Program-made: the position numbers and the translations under genes | IMG/VR virus record: IMGVR_UViG_3300043429_000266 | Location: 1 to 59,341 of that record | Direction: 5' to 3' (one strand) | From: a virus | Lineage: Duplodnaviria > Caudoviricetes | DNA: 59,341 nucleotides | Part shown: positions 1-8,856 of the stretch, piece by piece | Layout of the letters: every line of letters begins with the position of its first letter | Position numbering within the stretch: position 1 is the stretch's first letter | Notes under the pieces: generated by a model | Seen by the model: only the letters and a program-made list of their open reading frames with translations | Told to the model about the DNA's origin: nothing | Database searches by the model: none

Positions 1-127
1 TGAGGCCTCAATCGGTTACGTCAATCAGGATCGTTAATGCGTACTTTCGTGTTCGACATCGAGACACTCCCCAACTACACTCTAGTGTCCTTCAAGGACA
101 TCGAGTCGAAGGAGTATTTCCGCTTCC
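1..127. repeat. 127-bp direct terminal repeat (copy 1), circular-assembly overlap
   Basis: Identical to 59215-59341. ORF 58811-59251 and the PolB start read across the join. Confidence 0.97.
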
Positions 128-1878
128 GCCGTAACGAGCCGGACGCAGTCGAGCGCCTGAAAGCCTTCCTCAACACTGATGATACGTACATCGGGTTCAA
201 CAGCAACAGCTTTGACAATATCGTGCTGGCGGCCTTCCTAGCGGGTCGCAAGGAGATTGAGATCAAGCGTATCGCTGATGACCTGATTGTGAACCGTGTG
301 TCGCCTTGGAACGCTTACACTAAGCACTCCCTGCTGCGCCCTTCGATTGACACGATCGATTTGATTGAGGTCGCGCCCTCGTTCGTTGGTCTCAAAGCCT
401 ACGGCGCGCGCATGCATATGCCGCTGTTGCAAGACATGCCGATCGCCCACGACGAGTGGATCGAGGACGAGCAGCGCCCTATTGTTGACTCGTACTGCGA
501 CAATGACTTGGACACTACGGAAGAGCTGGTCAACCGGCTTGAGCCTGAGCTGATGCTCCGCATCGCGATGTCTAAGCAGTACGGTGTGGACATGCGTAGC
601 AAGTCTGACGCGCAAATGGCTGAGCAGGCGTACATCACCTCGATGAGCCTGCAACGCCGTGACAACAAGATCCCTAAGACGATCACGTACACGCCGCCCG
701 CCTTCCTGAAGTTTCAAGACCAGCAACTACAGTCCCTGCTGGAGAAAGTCTCACATCATGTCTTCGACATCAACCAAGCAACTGGACACGTCATCCTTCC
801 TGATTTTCTCGGCGGAGACGTTATCAGGTTCGGCAGCGGAACCTACCAGCTCGGTGTCGGCGGTATCCACAGCACTCATGATAAATCGGTGTGTTATGTC
901 GCCGGAGGAGATACTATCTGTGACATTGACGCAGCTAGTTTCTACCCTAGTATCATCCTTGAGTGCGGATTTGTACCAGCAACTCTTGGAAAGCGATTCG
1001 TCGACGAATATCGACAAATCTACGAGCGTCGACTTGAGGCTAAGCGTACTGGTGACAAAGCCACAAACGAAACACTGAAGATCTCGCTCAACGGCACGTT
1101 CGGCAAGCTCGCTAGCAAGTACTCTGTGTTGTACTCGCCTGACCTGATGCTCGCCGTCACGCTCACCGGTCAGTTCACATTGTTGATGCTGATTGAGTGG
1201 CTCGAAATCCTCGGGGCTACCACCCTTAGCGCCAACACTGACGGTATCGCGATCCGCTACGGAAACCAGCTCGAAGCGGGTGTTCAGAAGGTAGTCAAGC
1301 GTTTCAGTGAGGTGTCAAGGTTTGAGTTCGAGTTCACGCCGTACCGTGTACTGGCTATGAAAGACGTCAACAATTATTTTGCTGTCAAACCCGACCGCAA
1401 GCTGAAAACGAAAGGCATTTATGCTCCCCTCTCGCTTAAGAAAAACCCGACTGCGCAAGTTACAGCAGATGCAGTCGGCGCGTGGCTTGCGAACGGAACT
1501 CCGTTTGAGGACACTATTAGGGATGCACCTTTCGTCGATTTTATCAGTGCAAGAAACGTCACTGGCGGCGGCGAACAAAATGGCGTTCCGCTCGGCAAGG
1601 TTGTACGTTGGTATCAGTCCTCGGATGAGAGCCTACCGCCACTCAAGTACATCAAGAACGGCAACAAGGTTCCCAAGACCGAAGGCGCGCGGGCTTGTAT
1701 GACCCTGACCGACAAAACCGTTCACCCTGAAGACCTAGACTACGGATGGTACTACAAGGAGGCAATCAAGATCGCCATCGCAGTTGGGTGTCACGCATAC
1801 CTCACTGACGAACAGCTTAAACTTGTTGCCCCGCCCCCAAAGAAAACTCGAAAGAAGAAAACAGATGTCACAACATGA
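37..1878 (+). CDS. Family B DNA polymerase with 3'-5' exonuclease
   Basis: Exonuclease motifs FDIET, GFNSNSFD, YCDND; PolB motifs DAASFYPSII, KISLNGTFGK, ANTDGI. Confidence 0.92.
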   Translation: MRTFVFDIETLPNYTLVSFKDIESKEYFRFRRNEPDAVERLKAFLNTDDTYIGFNSNSFDNIVLAAFLAGRKEIEIKRIADDLIVNRVSPWNAYTKHSLLRPSIDTIDLIEVAPSFVGLKAYGARMHMPLLQDMPIAHDEWIEDEQRPIVDSYCDNDLDTTEELVNRLEPELMLRIAMSKQYGVDMRSKSDAQMAEQAYITSMSLQRRDNKIPKTITYTPPAFLKFQDQQLQSLLEKVSHHVFDINQATGHVILPDFLGGDVIRFGSGTYQLGVGGIHSTHDKSVCYVAGGDTICDIDAASFYPSIILECGFVPATLGKRFVDEYRQIYERRLEAKRTGDKATNETLKISLNGTFGKLASKYSVLYSPDLMLAVTLTGQFTLLMLIEWLEILGATTLSANTDGIAIRYGNQLEAGVQKVVKRFSEVSRFEFEFTPYRVLAMKDVNNYFAVKPDRKLKTKGIYAPLSLKKNPTAQVTADAVGAWLANGTPFEDTIRDAPFVDFISARNVTGGGEQNGVPLGKVVRWYQSSDESLPPLKYIKNGNKVPKTEGARACMTLTDKTVHPEDLDYGWYYKEAIKIAIAVGCHAYLTDEQLKLVAPPPKKTRKKKTDVTT

Positions 1879-2197
1879 ACTCGGTAACACTCGCACGGTT
1901 TACGTCGTGCAAGTGGACAACAATAAGGACTTGTCTGACGCCAAAAAGTATGGGGCGTTACGGGCAGTGTTTGCGAACCCTCGCAAGCCTTATGACACAG
2001 ACAGTATGGTCGCCAAGGCGCGCCATATTTTGAAGGATTGGCAAGAGGGCGACTTCTTGTTGATGATTGGAGACCCTGCGCTGTGTGCAATATGCACGGC
2101 GATCGTCTCCGACATGGTTGGTAAAGTAGACCTACTCAGCTGGGATAGGAATACTTTTCAGTACGTACCGCAAGAGTGGTATTTTGACGGGGCGTGA
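1865..2197 (+). CDS. Hypothetical protein of the replication module
   Basis: ATG at 1865 overlaps the end of polB; alpha/beta pattern (VYVVQ...DFLLMIGDP). Confidence 0.7.
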   Translation: MSQHELGNTRTVYVVQVDNNKDLSDAKKYGALRAVFANPRKPYDTDSMVAKARHILKDWQEGDFLLMIGDPALCAICTAIVSDMVGKVDLLSWDRNTFQYVPQEWYFDGA

Positions 2198-2227
2198 GCC
2201 CTATAACTTAGAAAGTGAGAAAGTAAA

Positions 2228-2968
2228 ATGGCAAATTGGATGGAAAACCTTCGGGTCGGCAAACAAGCCGTCCCACCCCGTGTCTGCATTTATGGCGGCC
2301 ACGGTATCGGCAAGTCAACACTGGCAAGCCAGTTCCCCGCGCCCATCTTCATCAGCACCGAAGACGGCTTGGACTCGCTTGATGTGACCTCGTTCCCCCG
2401 CGCTAAAACGCTGACCGATGTGGTTGACAGCATCAAGACCCTGCTCAAAGAAGACCACGAGTTCAAGACTGTGGTGGTTGACTCGGTGGACTGGTTGATT
2501 GAGCCGCTGATTGTTGAGAGCGTTAACTCTAAGTATGACGACAAGGAACAATCGTTCGGCAAAGGTCAGATGTTCATCGCAGAGGAGTTCCGTGAGATCC
2601 TGCAAGGGCTTGATGCGCTCCGCTTGAAAAAGGGTATGAACGTGGTGCTAATTGCTCACGCCGCCGTGGTCAAATTTGAAGACCCGCGCACCGAGCCGTA
2701 TGACCGCTATCAGCCTAAGCTGCCTAACCGTTGCAACGCATTGTTGCAGGAGTGGGCCGATGTGTTGGCGTTCGCGGCCTTCAAAGTCATCATCAAGAAA
2801 GACGACTCAGGCTTCAACGCTAAGAAGACTCGCGGCACCACCAACGGTGACCGCCTGCTGCACTTTATTGAGACCCCAGCGTATGCGGCTAAAAACCGTT
2901 ACGACTGCCCCGAGGACATCGAGATGACAATCGAGAACCTCGCCAAACTGATCCCTATCGCTCACTAA
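2228..2968 (+). CDS. AAA_24 / Sak4-like P-loop ATPase (recombinase)
   Basis: Walker A GGHGIGKS, Walker B VVVDSVD, LIAH and AKNR motifs; adjacent to an SSB. Confidence 0.85.
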   Translation: MANWMENLRVGKQAVPPRVCIYGGHGIGKSTLASQFPAPIFISTEDGLDSLDVTSFPRAKTLTDVVDSIKTLLKEDHEFKTVVVDSVDWLIEPLIVESVNSKYDDKEQSFGKGQMFIAEEFREILQGLDALRLKKGMNVVLIAHAAVVKFEDPRTEPYDRYQPKLPNRCNALLQEWADVLAFAAFKVIIKKDDSGFNAKKTRGTTNGDRLLHFIETPAYAAKNRYDCPEDIEMTIENLAKLIPIAH

Positions 2969-2997
2969 TCCCCCCGCCATTTCAAAGGAGAAATAAC

Positions 2998-3495
2998 ATG
3001 GCTAAATTTGGTTTTGACACGTCTGAAGTCGACGTTAACGACATCCCTTCCGGTAACTACGACCCCATCCCTGATGGCGAGTACACGCTCGTTGCCTTGG
3101 ACGCCGAAGAGAAAAGCACCGCCTCTGGTGGTGAGATGATCAAGGTTAAGTTCGAAGTCGTCGGCGGCGAACACAACGGTCGCTTTATCTGGCAGAACTT
3201 CAACATCGTCAACAAGAGCGAGATGGCTCAAAAGATCGGTCGTCAACAGCTCGTGGCTTGGGCTACCGCCTGCGGCAAAGCAGACTGCGATGACACCGAC
3301 AAGTTGATCGGCAAGAAGTTCCAAGCCGAGGTGGACACTCAGAAGGGTACCGGCGGTTACAAAGACAGCAACCGTGTGCGCGCATTCTTGTTCGCTGCGG
3401 AAGAAAAGCCCGCTCGCGCCGCTGCAAAGGCCGCCGCCCCCGCAAAGGCCGCCCCCGCTGCCGAAGCTGGTAAAAAAGCCAACCCTTGGGACTAA
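2998..3495 (+). CDS. DUF669-like single-stranded DNA-binding protein
   Basis: PIPDGEY...IKVKFEV...GRFIW OB-fold pattern, Ala/Lys linker, C-terminal PWD; AGGAG RBS. Confidence 0.8.
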   Translation: MAKFGFDTSEVDVNDIPSGNYDPIPDGEYTLVALDAEEKSTASGGEMIKVKFEVVGGEHNGRFIWQNFNIVNKSEMAQKIGRQQLVAWATACGKADCDDTDKLIGKKFQAEVDTQKGTGGYKDSNRVRAFLFAAEEKPARAAAKAAAPAKAAPAAEAGKKANPWD

Positions 3496-3504
3496 CCTGA
3501 GTTC

Positions 3505-3557
3505 GACCCCCTGCACTTTCCCTTAAACCGGAGCTACAGACCCTGTGTAGGGGGTCA
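3505..3557 (+). other. Long intergenic stem-loop after the SSB gene
   Basis: GACCCCCTGCAC pairs with GTGTAGGGGGTC; no U-tract follows. Confidence 0.5.
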
Positions 3558-3567
3558 CCCTCTAAAC

Positions 3568-3759
3568 ATGAAACATCTCATAGTCCTAACGCTGCTAGTG
3601 TTCGTATGTTATTTCGGTTGGTACTACCTACCGGAAGAAGCTAAGGACATTTTGCGTAAGTGGCGTGGTACGCATCTGTTCAAGGTGCTCATGCTGTTCT
3701 TACTCGTGTGGCTCGCGTTCATTACGCAGGCTACTTTTGGTTCAGGAAAAATCTTCTAA
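3568..3759 (+). CDS. Small membrane protein with two TM segments
   Basis: Two hydrophobic stretches; lies just upstream of the SPFH gene. Confidence 0.7.
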   Translation: MKHLIVLTLLVFVCYFGWYYLPEEAKDILRKWRGTHLFKVLMLFLLVWLAFITQATFGSGKIF

Positions 3760-3769
3760 GGAAACGAAT

Positions 3770-4573
3770 ATGAAAAAGCTATTGATCATCATAGCAGCTT
3801 TTTGGCTCACAGCGTGTTCTCAAATTGACACGGGTAATATCGGCGTGGAGTCTACTCTCGGGCAGGTCAAAAAAGAGACCATGCCTCCAGGGGTGTACTT
3901 CACGATGTTCAAGCGCGTGACTGAGGTCTCCGCTAAAGAACTGCTGCTCAAGTTTGACGACATGAAGCCGCAGACGTCTGACAAGATCACCCTGTCTGAC
4001 TTGGACGTGGACATCTACATTCAAATTGACCCTAGCAAGGCGGCTGACATCATGACCCGCTGGCCAGGAGACGTGACGTATGAGAAAGGCGAAGACGGCG
4101 CTCGTATCGGTATGAACTACGTTACCCGTCAAGCTCGTGAGAACATCTACAACACAGTCACCAAGTACGGCTCCGCCACGGTTCACACCGAGCGTACCGC
4201 TATCGCGGCTGACGTGGTTAAGCAGTTGCAGGCCGACCTTGATGAGTCCGCCGGCAAAGGTTGGTTCTTTGTTCGCTCGGCTAACGTGCGTAACCTCGTG
4301 ACCGACCCTGCGCTTGAGAAGGCTATCATGGAAGCGGCCAACCGCCAGTTCCAGATCAACGCTAAGCAGAAGGAAGTAGAGCTGGCTAAGGCTGAAGCCG
4401 AACGCATGCGTGTTGAGGCACAAGGCGTGGCTGACGCGATTCGCATCAAAGCCTCGGCGGTGTCTGCTCAAGGCGGGCAGCAGTTTGTTGACCTTGAGGC
4501 CATCAAGAAGTGGGACGGCAAGTTACCGCAGACAATGTCAGGTAACGCCACCCCGTTCATACATGTGAAATAA
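3770..4573 (+). CDS. SPFH/Band-7 (prohibitin-like) lipoprotein
   Basis: Lipobox LTAC, GNIGVESTLG, coiled-coil AKAEAE...EAQG, IKKWDGKLP tail; start at ATG 3770. Confidence 0.88.
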   Translation: MKKLLIIIAAFWLTACSQIDTGNIGVESTLGQVKKETMPPGVYFTMFKRVTEVSAKELLLKFDDMKPQTSDKITLSDLDVDIYIQIDPSKAADIMTRWPGDVTYEKGEDGARIGMNYVTRQARENIYNTVTKYGSATVHTERTAIAADVVKQLQADLDESAGKGWFFVRSANVRNLVTDPALEKAIMEAANRQFQINAKQKEVELAKAEAERMRVEAQGVADAIRIKASAVSAQGGQQFVDLEAIKKWDGKLPQTMSGNATPFIHVK

Positions 4574-4575
4574 GT

Positions 4576-4854
4576 ATGGCTGTCTCAACTATCGGCAGCA
4601 CTAACGGCCCTTGGAGCGTAAGCAACTCCACAGTAAACGACATCTATGGTGGCCAACGCTTCTACGAAGAGCAAGAGCGCCGCTATCGTGAGGAGATGGA
4701 GCGCCAACGCCATGCAGCAATGCAAAACGCTTACTGCATCAACACTGACACTTACGTCGGTATTTCCGCACAAGAGATACGGCAAGAATCTAAGCCTGTA
4801 AAGGTGAAGCAGCCTGAATATCTCAACAACAAACTGTTATTACTGGAGATCTGA
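4576..4854 (+). CDS. Hypothetical protein
   Basis: ORF packed in the operon. Confidence 0.6.
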   Translation: MAVSTIGSTNGPWSVSNSTVNDIYGGQRFYEEQERRYREEMERQRHAAMQNAYCINTDTYVGISAQEIRQESKPVKVKQPEYLNNKLLLLEI

Positions 4855-4855
4855 A

Positions 4856-5137
4856 ATGAAATTGAAACCCTTTGCCGAAGTCATCGCCCTGTCAAAAGAG
4901 AAGCTGTCAGAAGCCCTCGCCCCCATCCGCGCCCGTAAGGTCAAGAGCCAAGCCGAGCTGGAGATGGCCAAACTCGACGACGAGCTGATTCGTTTGGAAG
5001 CCGAGGTGCATGAGATGTGCGCCAAGGAAGACATCAACTTTCCTAACCTACTGGACAAGCTGGACAAAGCGGCCCTCTTAGAGCGCCGTAAGGTGCAGTA
5101 CGAAAAAGTGCTGGCAGACTTGTTCCCTTCTAAATAA
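4856..5137 (+). CDS. Hypothetical coiled-coil protein
   Basis: GGAG RBS, heptad pattern. Confidence 0.7.
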   Translation: MKLKPFAEVIALSKEKLSEALAPIRARKVKSQAELEMAKLDDELIRLEAEVHEMCAKEDINFPNLLDKLDKAALLERRKVQYEKVLADLFPSK

Positions 5138-5294
5138 ACTTGTGCACCCCTTCCCAGCTGAGCCCGCCCACTCGGTAAAAGCCTGAATGCCATCGAAACT
5201 CTAGGGGTGCGCCTTCCCGCTAACGGAAGGTTCATGAGTAGGGGACGAATTCAGGAACGGGCAACCCCGATTTCATAACTAAGAAAGACACAAC

Positions 5295-5744
5295 ATGGCG
5301 ACCAATTTCCGACGCACCGCTGACTGGCTCAAAGCCTGCGGTAAGAACCCTTCGGCGGCCACGGCTTCCCTGCAGATCGGCTGCGACATAGAAGAAACAG
5401 TAGAGTTCTTAGAGCTTCTAGACCTTGATGAGATAGGTGACATACACCTAATGAGAACCGCTATTTACAACCTCAATGTCATAGCGAAAAAGTTGAAAAA
5501 GCTAGAGACTGTCGCTTGTATCTCGGATGAGAACCGCATCGAGGCGCTTGACGCGCTCTGCGACCGCGAGGTTACGGGTAACGGCGTGGCTTACTTGCTC
5601 GGGTTCAACAAAGAAGACGCAGACCTCGAAGTGCTGCGCAGTAATGACGCTAAGCTCGTGGACGGCAAACCAGTCATCCTCGAGGGTGGCAAAATCGGCA
5701 AACCGGCGGGCTGGACACCCCCTAACCTGAAAGGCTTCGCGTAA
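5295..5744 (+). CDS. MazG-like / PRA-PH all-alpha NTP pyrophosphohydrolase
   Basis: IEETVEF and ALDALCD acidic motifs, then VLRSNDAK...GGKIGKPAGWTPPNL. Confidence 0.8.
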   Translation: MATNFRRTADWLKACGKNPSAATASLQIGCDIEETVEFLELLDLDEIGDIHLMRTAIYNLNVIAKKLKKLETVACISDENRIEALDALCDREVTGNGVAYLLGFNKEDADLEVLRSNDAKLVDGKPVILEGGKIGKPAGWTPPNLKGFA

Positions 5745-5745
5745 C

Positions 5746-6600
5746 ATGGCAGCAATACCTAAGAGCCCTGAGCAGCAAATCATCGACCGGATGTACGAGT
5801 CGTACGAGGTAGCTGAGCATCAAAGTAACGAGGAGCGCGGCGGTGTCTACCTAGGTAGGCTCGGCGCTTCTAGCATCGGCAATGAGTGCATCCGTAGTAT
5901 CTGGCTCGACTGGCGCGGCTACGCTCGTAAGCGGTTCGGCGGTCGCATGTTGCGGTTGTTCGGCACCGGCCACTTGCAGGAAGATCGCGTTGTAGCAGAT
6001 TTGAAGGCCGCCGGTCTGCAGGTGTTTGAGAAGGACGCAGACGGCAAGCAGTTTGAGTTCTTAGACCCCACCGGTCATCTCATCTGCAAGGTCGACGGCG
6101 TGATTAAAGGTGTGCCCGAGAGCGCCGAAAAGCCGCACAATCTTGAAATCAAGACCCACAACCAGACCAGCTTTAACGCAGTGGTGAAGCACGGTGTTGA
6201 GAAGCACAAGCCGATGCACTATGTGCAGATGCAGGTCGGTATGTGGCTCGGCGGGTTCACCCGTTCGCTCTACGTGTCGCTCTGCAAGAACGACGAGCAA
6301 TATGACGTGCAACGTGTGCGCACTGACCGTAAGGTGCAGAAAGGTATCGAGCAGAAGGTCATCAAGCTGGTAGAAGCCCGCATGCGCCCCGCCGGTATCA
6401 GCGACGACAAGACGAGCTTCACCTGCAAGTTCTGTGACATGGCCGATGTGTGCTACGGCGATGCTGAACCCTTGCGCCACTGCCGGACTTGTGTGAATTG
6501 CGTCCCGACTGAGAACGGCACTTGGACGTGTGAGCTGAAAGGCGAGCATCTTGACATCAACCAACAGCGCGCAGGCTGTACACATTATGAGGTCTTATGA
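5746..6600 (+). CDS. Cas4-like PD-(D/E)xK exonuclease
   Basis: LGASSIGNEC, GHLQE, VDG...LEIKT, YVQMQ and CKFCDMADVC Fe-S cysteines. Confidence 0.82.
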   Translation: MAAIPKSPEQQIIDRMYESYEVAEHQSNEERGGVYLGRLGASSIGNECIRSIWLDWRGYARKRFGGRMLRLFGTGHLQEDRVVADLKAAGLQVFEKDADGKQFEFLDPTGHLICKVDGVIKGVPESAEKPHNLEIKTHNQTSFNAVVKHGVEKHKPMHYVQMQVGMWLGGFTRSLYVSLCKNDEQYDVQRVRTDRKVQKGIEQKVIKLVEARMRPAGISDDKTSFTCKFCDMADVCYGDAEPLRHCRTCVNCVPTENGTWTCELKGEHLDINQQRAGCTHYEVL

Positions 6601-6887
6601 AAACCCCACACAAACATGCTGAACTCATCAAGGCTTGGGCTGATGGGGCAGAGATTCAATTAAAACTGAATGCGGTACAATGGGGGGATTGTGTAGACCC
6701 CTATTGGAACCCTGACCTCGAATACCGCATCAAGCCTGAGCCAAAGCCTGATGTTGTTCGTTGGTGCTGGGCCACTGGCAGGATGGGTGAAAGAGAAGAC
6801 CATTTCGGTGAAAACGGAAGCGCCAATCTTAAAATCACATTCGACGGTGAGACCGGTAAATTAAAATCAGCAGAGGTGCTCCAATGA
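6597..6887 (+). CDS. Phage hypothetical protein
   Basis: HAELIKAWADGAEIQ...EYRIKP pattern; overlapping start and stop codons. Confidence 0.7.
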   Translation: MKTPHKHAELIKAWADGAEIQLKLNAVQWGDCVDPYWNPDLEYRIKPEPKPDVVRWCWATGRMGEREDHFGENGSANLKITFDGETGKLKSAEVLQ

Positions 6888-7360
6888 TCACTATCGGAAT
6901 TGACCCAGGACTCACAGGCGCTATCGGTGTGCTCAGAAGTGGCGTTTTCGTGGCCGTAGAGGACATGCCGACCGTTGCCAAGGGCTCGGGTAGTGTGAAG
7001 CGCGAAGTTGACCCCGCAGGGCTGTTTTCGCTGCTTCGTTCGCATGTGCCGCCGGTGGACGCAGTCAGCGTTGTGCTTGAGCGCGTGAACGCCATGCCAG
7101 GACAGGGTGTGAGTTCGGTGTTCAGCCTTGGCGACTCGTTCGGTACGGCGCGAGCCGTCATCGCGGCCCTCGGCTGGGAGCTACACTACGTAGCGCCGGT
7201 GACTTGGAAAAAGAGCTTCGGCCTCGCCTCTGACAAGGAGTTGAGCCGCGCCCTCGCAGTCCGAACCTTCCCTACCGCGCCGCTCAACTTGAAAAAACAC
7301 AGCGACCGTGCTGAGTCCCTGCTCATGGCTAGGTGGCTTTACAACACGAGGTTCAAATGA
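6884..7360 (+). CDS. RuvC-like Holliday junction resolvase
   Basis: IGIDPGLTGA, VVLERV, PVTWKK and DRAESLL motifs. Confidence 0.88.
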   Translation: MITIGIDPGLTGAIGVLRSGVFVAVEDMPTVAKGSGSVKREVDPAGLFSLLRSHVPPVDAVSVVLERVNAMPGQGVSSVFSLGDSFGTARAVIAALGWELHYVAPVTWKKSFGLASDKELSRALAVRTFPTAPLNLKKHSDRAESLLMARWLYNTRFK

Positions 7361-7581
7361 AAAAGCTCAAAGAAATGACTGACAAAGACTTTGATGAGGC
7401 GCTCGGCGTAACTGGGGAAATTGAAGCAGATGAGGGTAAAACATGCCCCGTATGCAACAACCCTGACGTGCCAGTCGTGACTACGCGAGTCAAAGGTAAT
7501 GAGGAAGTCGCCTTCGCGACCCGTGAGTACCGCTGTGACTGTTGTGACTGGCGGAGCGCGAGTTGGGAGGAAGAGGTATGA
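7357..7581 (+). CDS. Small zinc-ribbon protein
   Basis: CPVC...CDCC; ATG at 7357 overlaps the upstream stop. Confidence 0.6.
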   Translation: MKKLKEMTDKDFDEALGVTGEIEADEGKTCPVCNNPDVPVVTTRVKGNEEVAFATREYRCDCCDWRSASWEEEV

Positions 7582-7856
7582 GTTTGTCAACTTACGATCA
7601 TGAGAAAGGATGTTTTGTGCTCAAAGACACACGCCCACCGGCCAACGCTTTTGAATGGCGTCGGTACAACGAAGAAGAGGCGGCCCGTAACGGCGGCCTC
7701 AACGTCAAGCAGATGAACATCGAAGCCAGTAAGGGTAAAGGCGTAACGGCCTACCTTGAAAAGCGCCGCGAGACTAAACCCTCACACGGCACCTTCTTCG
7801 GTATGTCTGACAAAGAAGCCTCACCCCGTGCGGTGGGTAAACTGGTTCGTAAATGA
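7578..7856 (+). CDS. Hypothetical protein
   Basis: GAGG RBS, ATGA coupling. Confidence 0.55.
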   Translation: MSLSTYDHEKGCFVLKDTRPPANAFEWRRYNEEEAARNGGLNVKQMNIEASKGKGVTAYLEKRRETKPSHGTFFGMSDKEASPRAVGKLVRK

Positions 7857-7973
7857 CCAAGCTACCCCGCCTACCTAGTCAAGTGGTCTTGTTAGGCTCA
7901 AAGGGGTACACCCCGAAACAGATGCGCGAATATGCGCTCAAAGCAATTGAAACCTACAAACAGGAGAATCAAA

Positions 7974-8213
7974 ATGAAAAAGTTAGCAATCCTAGCGTTA
8001 TTGTTGAGCATGGTTGGCTGCTCGTCGACGAACAGCACTCAGGAACTAGTCATGGATAAGCGCCTTCGCCCGATGTCTCGTAATGAGACCATCGTAGCTG
8101 TGCGTGAGTGTGAGACTAACGGGCTGCGCGCGGTGATGATCTACGGTAAGCGTGAAATCAACGGCTACAGCACTGAAGTCGTGATTGAAGTCACCTGCGC
8201 CCCTAAGTGGTGA
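7974..8213 (+). CDS. Small lipoprotein
   Basis: MKKLAILALLLSMVGC lipobox; AGGAG RBS. Confidence 0.7.
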   Translation: MKKLAILALLLSMVGCSSTNSTQELVMDKRLRPMSRNETIVAVRECETNGLRAVMIYGKREINGYSTEVVIEVTCAPKW

Positions 8214-8217
8214 TAAC

Positions 8218-8628
8218 ATGGGAGTAGCACAACCCCGCCGAGTTAGCATGCAAACTGCTAAGAACCCCGTGGCTCGCGCCTTCGCACAAAAAGGCTTGCG
8301 CTCTGACATGGTTGATCAGAAGATCAAGCTCTACATGACCGAAGACGGAGAGCCCTGCGCGGACTTTTGCGCCGGTATCGGGCTCACCCTTTCGGCTATG
8401 ATCCGAGCAGCCGAGCTAGACCGCAAGGTGGGTAAGAATCACCTACTGACGCGCATAGCTCGGGGTGGGGCTTCGGCTTGTGAGCAGATGGTCAAATCGG
8501 ACTCGTTCGACCGCGACAATCTGGTCTCACTTGACAAGGCGCTTGACGCTATTGTTGACCTAAACATGCGACTCAGCGCCGAGGCGGTTAACCAAGGCTG
8601 GCGCGAAGCCCTCACCGGCAAACTCTAA
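8218..8628 (+). CDS. Hypothetical protein
   Basis: ORF in the operon; start uncertain. Confidence 0.6.
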   Translation: MGVAQPRRVSMQTAKNPVARAFAQKGLRSDMVDQKIKLYMTEDGEPCADFCAGIGLTLSAMIRAAELDRKVGKNHLLTRIARGGASACEQMVKSDSFDRDNLVSLDKALDAIVDLNMRLSAEAVNQGWREALTGKL

Positions 8629-8828
8629 TGCCGTGGGGTTATATTCGCAAACTACTAGGCTCAGGGCTCCACTGGGGTAAGACTCAGGAGGAGCTTCAAG
8701 CCGCTATTGCTCAGGCCGAACAGGACGGTATGTCTAAGGCCGCCGAGCATATTCGAATCATCTTGCGGCTACGCAACAAGGTGATGATGGAAAAAGAAAA
8801 CCCCGCACAAGGCGGGGCTGTAAAGTGA
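8628..8828 (+). CDS. Hypothetical protein
   Basis: TAATG coupling; last gene of the + strand block. Confidence 0.55.
   Translation: MPWGYIRKLLGSGLHWGKTQEELQAAIAQAEQDGMSKAAEHIRIILRLRNKVMMEKENPAQGGAVK
8791..8819 (-). terminator. Intrinsic terminator of the late (- strand) operon
   Basis: CCCCGC/GCGGGG stem followed on - by TTTTCTTTTT. Confidence 0.75.
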
Positions 8829-8856
8829 CACCTGCAAAAGTGTAGGTGTTATTTTA
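8828..8856 (+). terminator. Intrinsic terminator of the + strand operon
   Basis: ACACCTGCA-AAAG-TGTAGGTGT followed by TATTTT at the point of convergence. Confidence 0.65.

Noticed and set aside
5746-6600. Cas4-like gene as evidence of CRISPR-Cas
   Set aside because: There is no array and no other cas gene. Stand-alone Cas4-like nucleases are routine in phage recombination modules.
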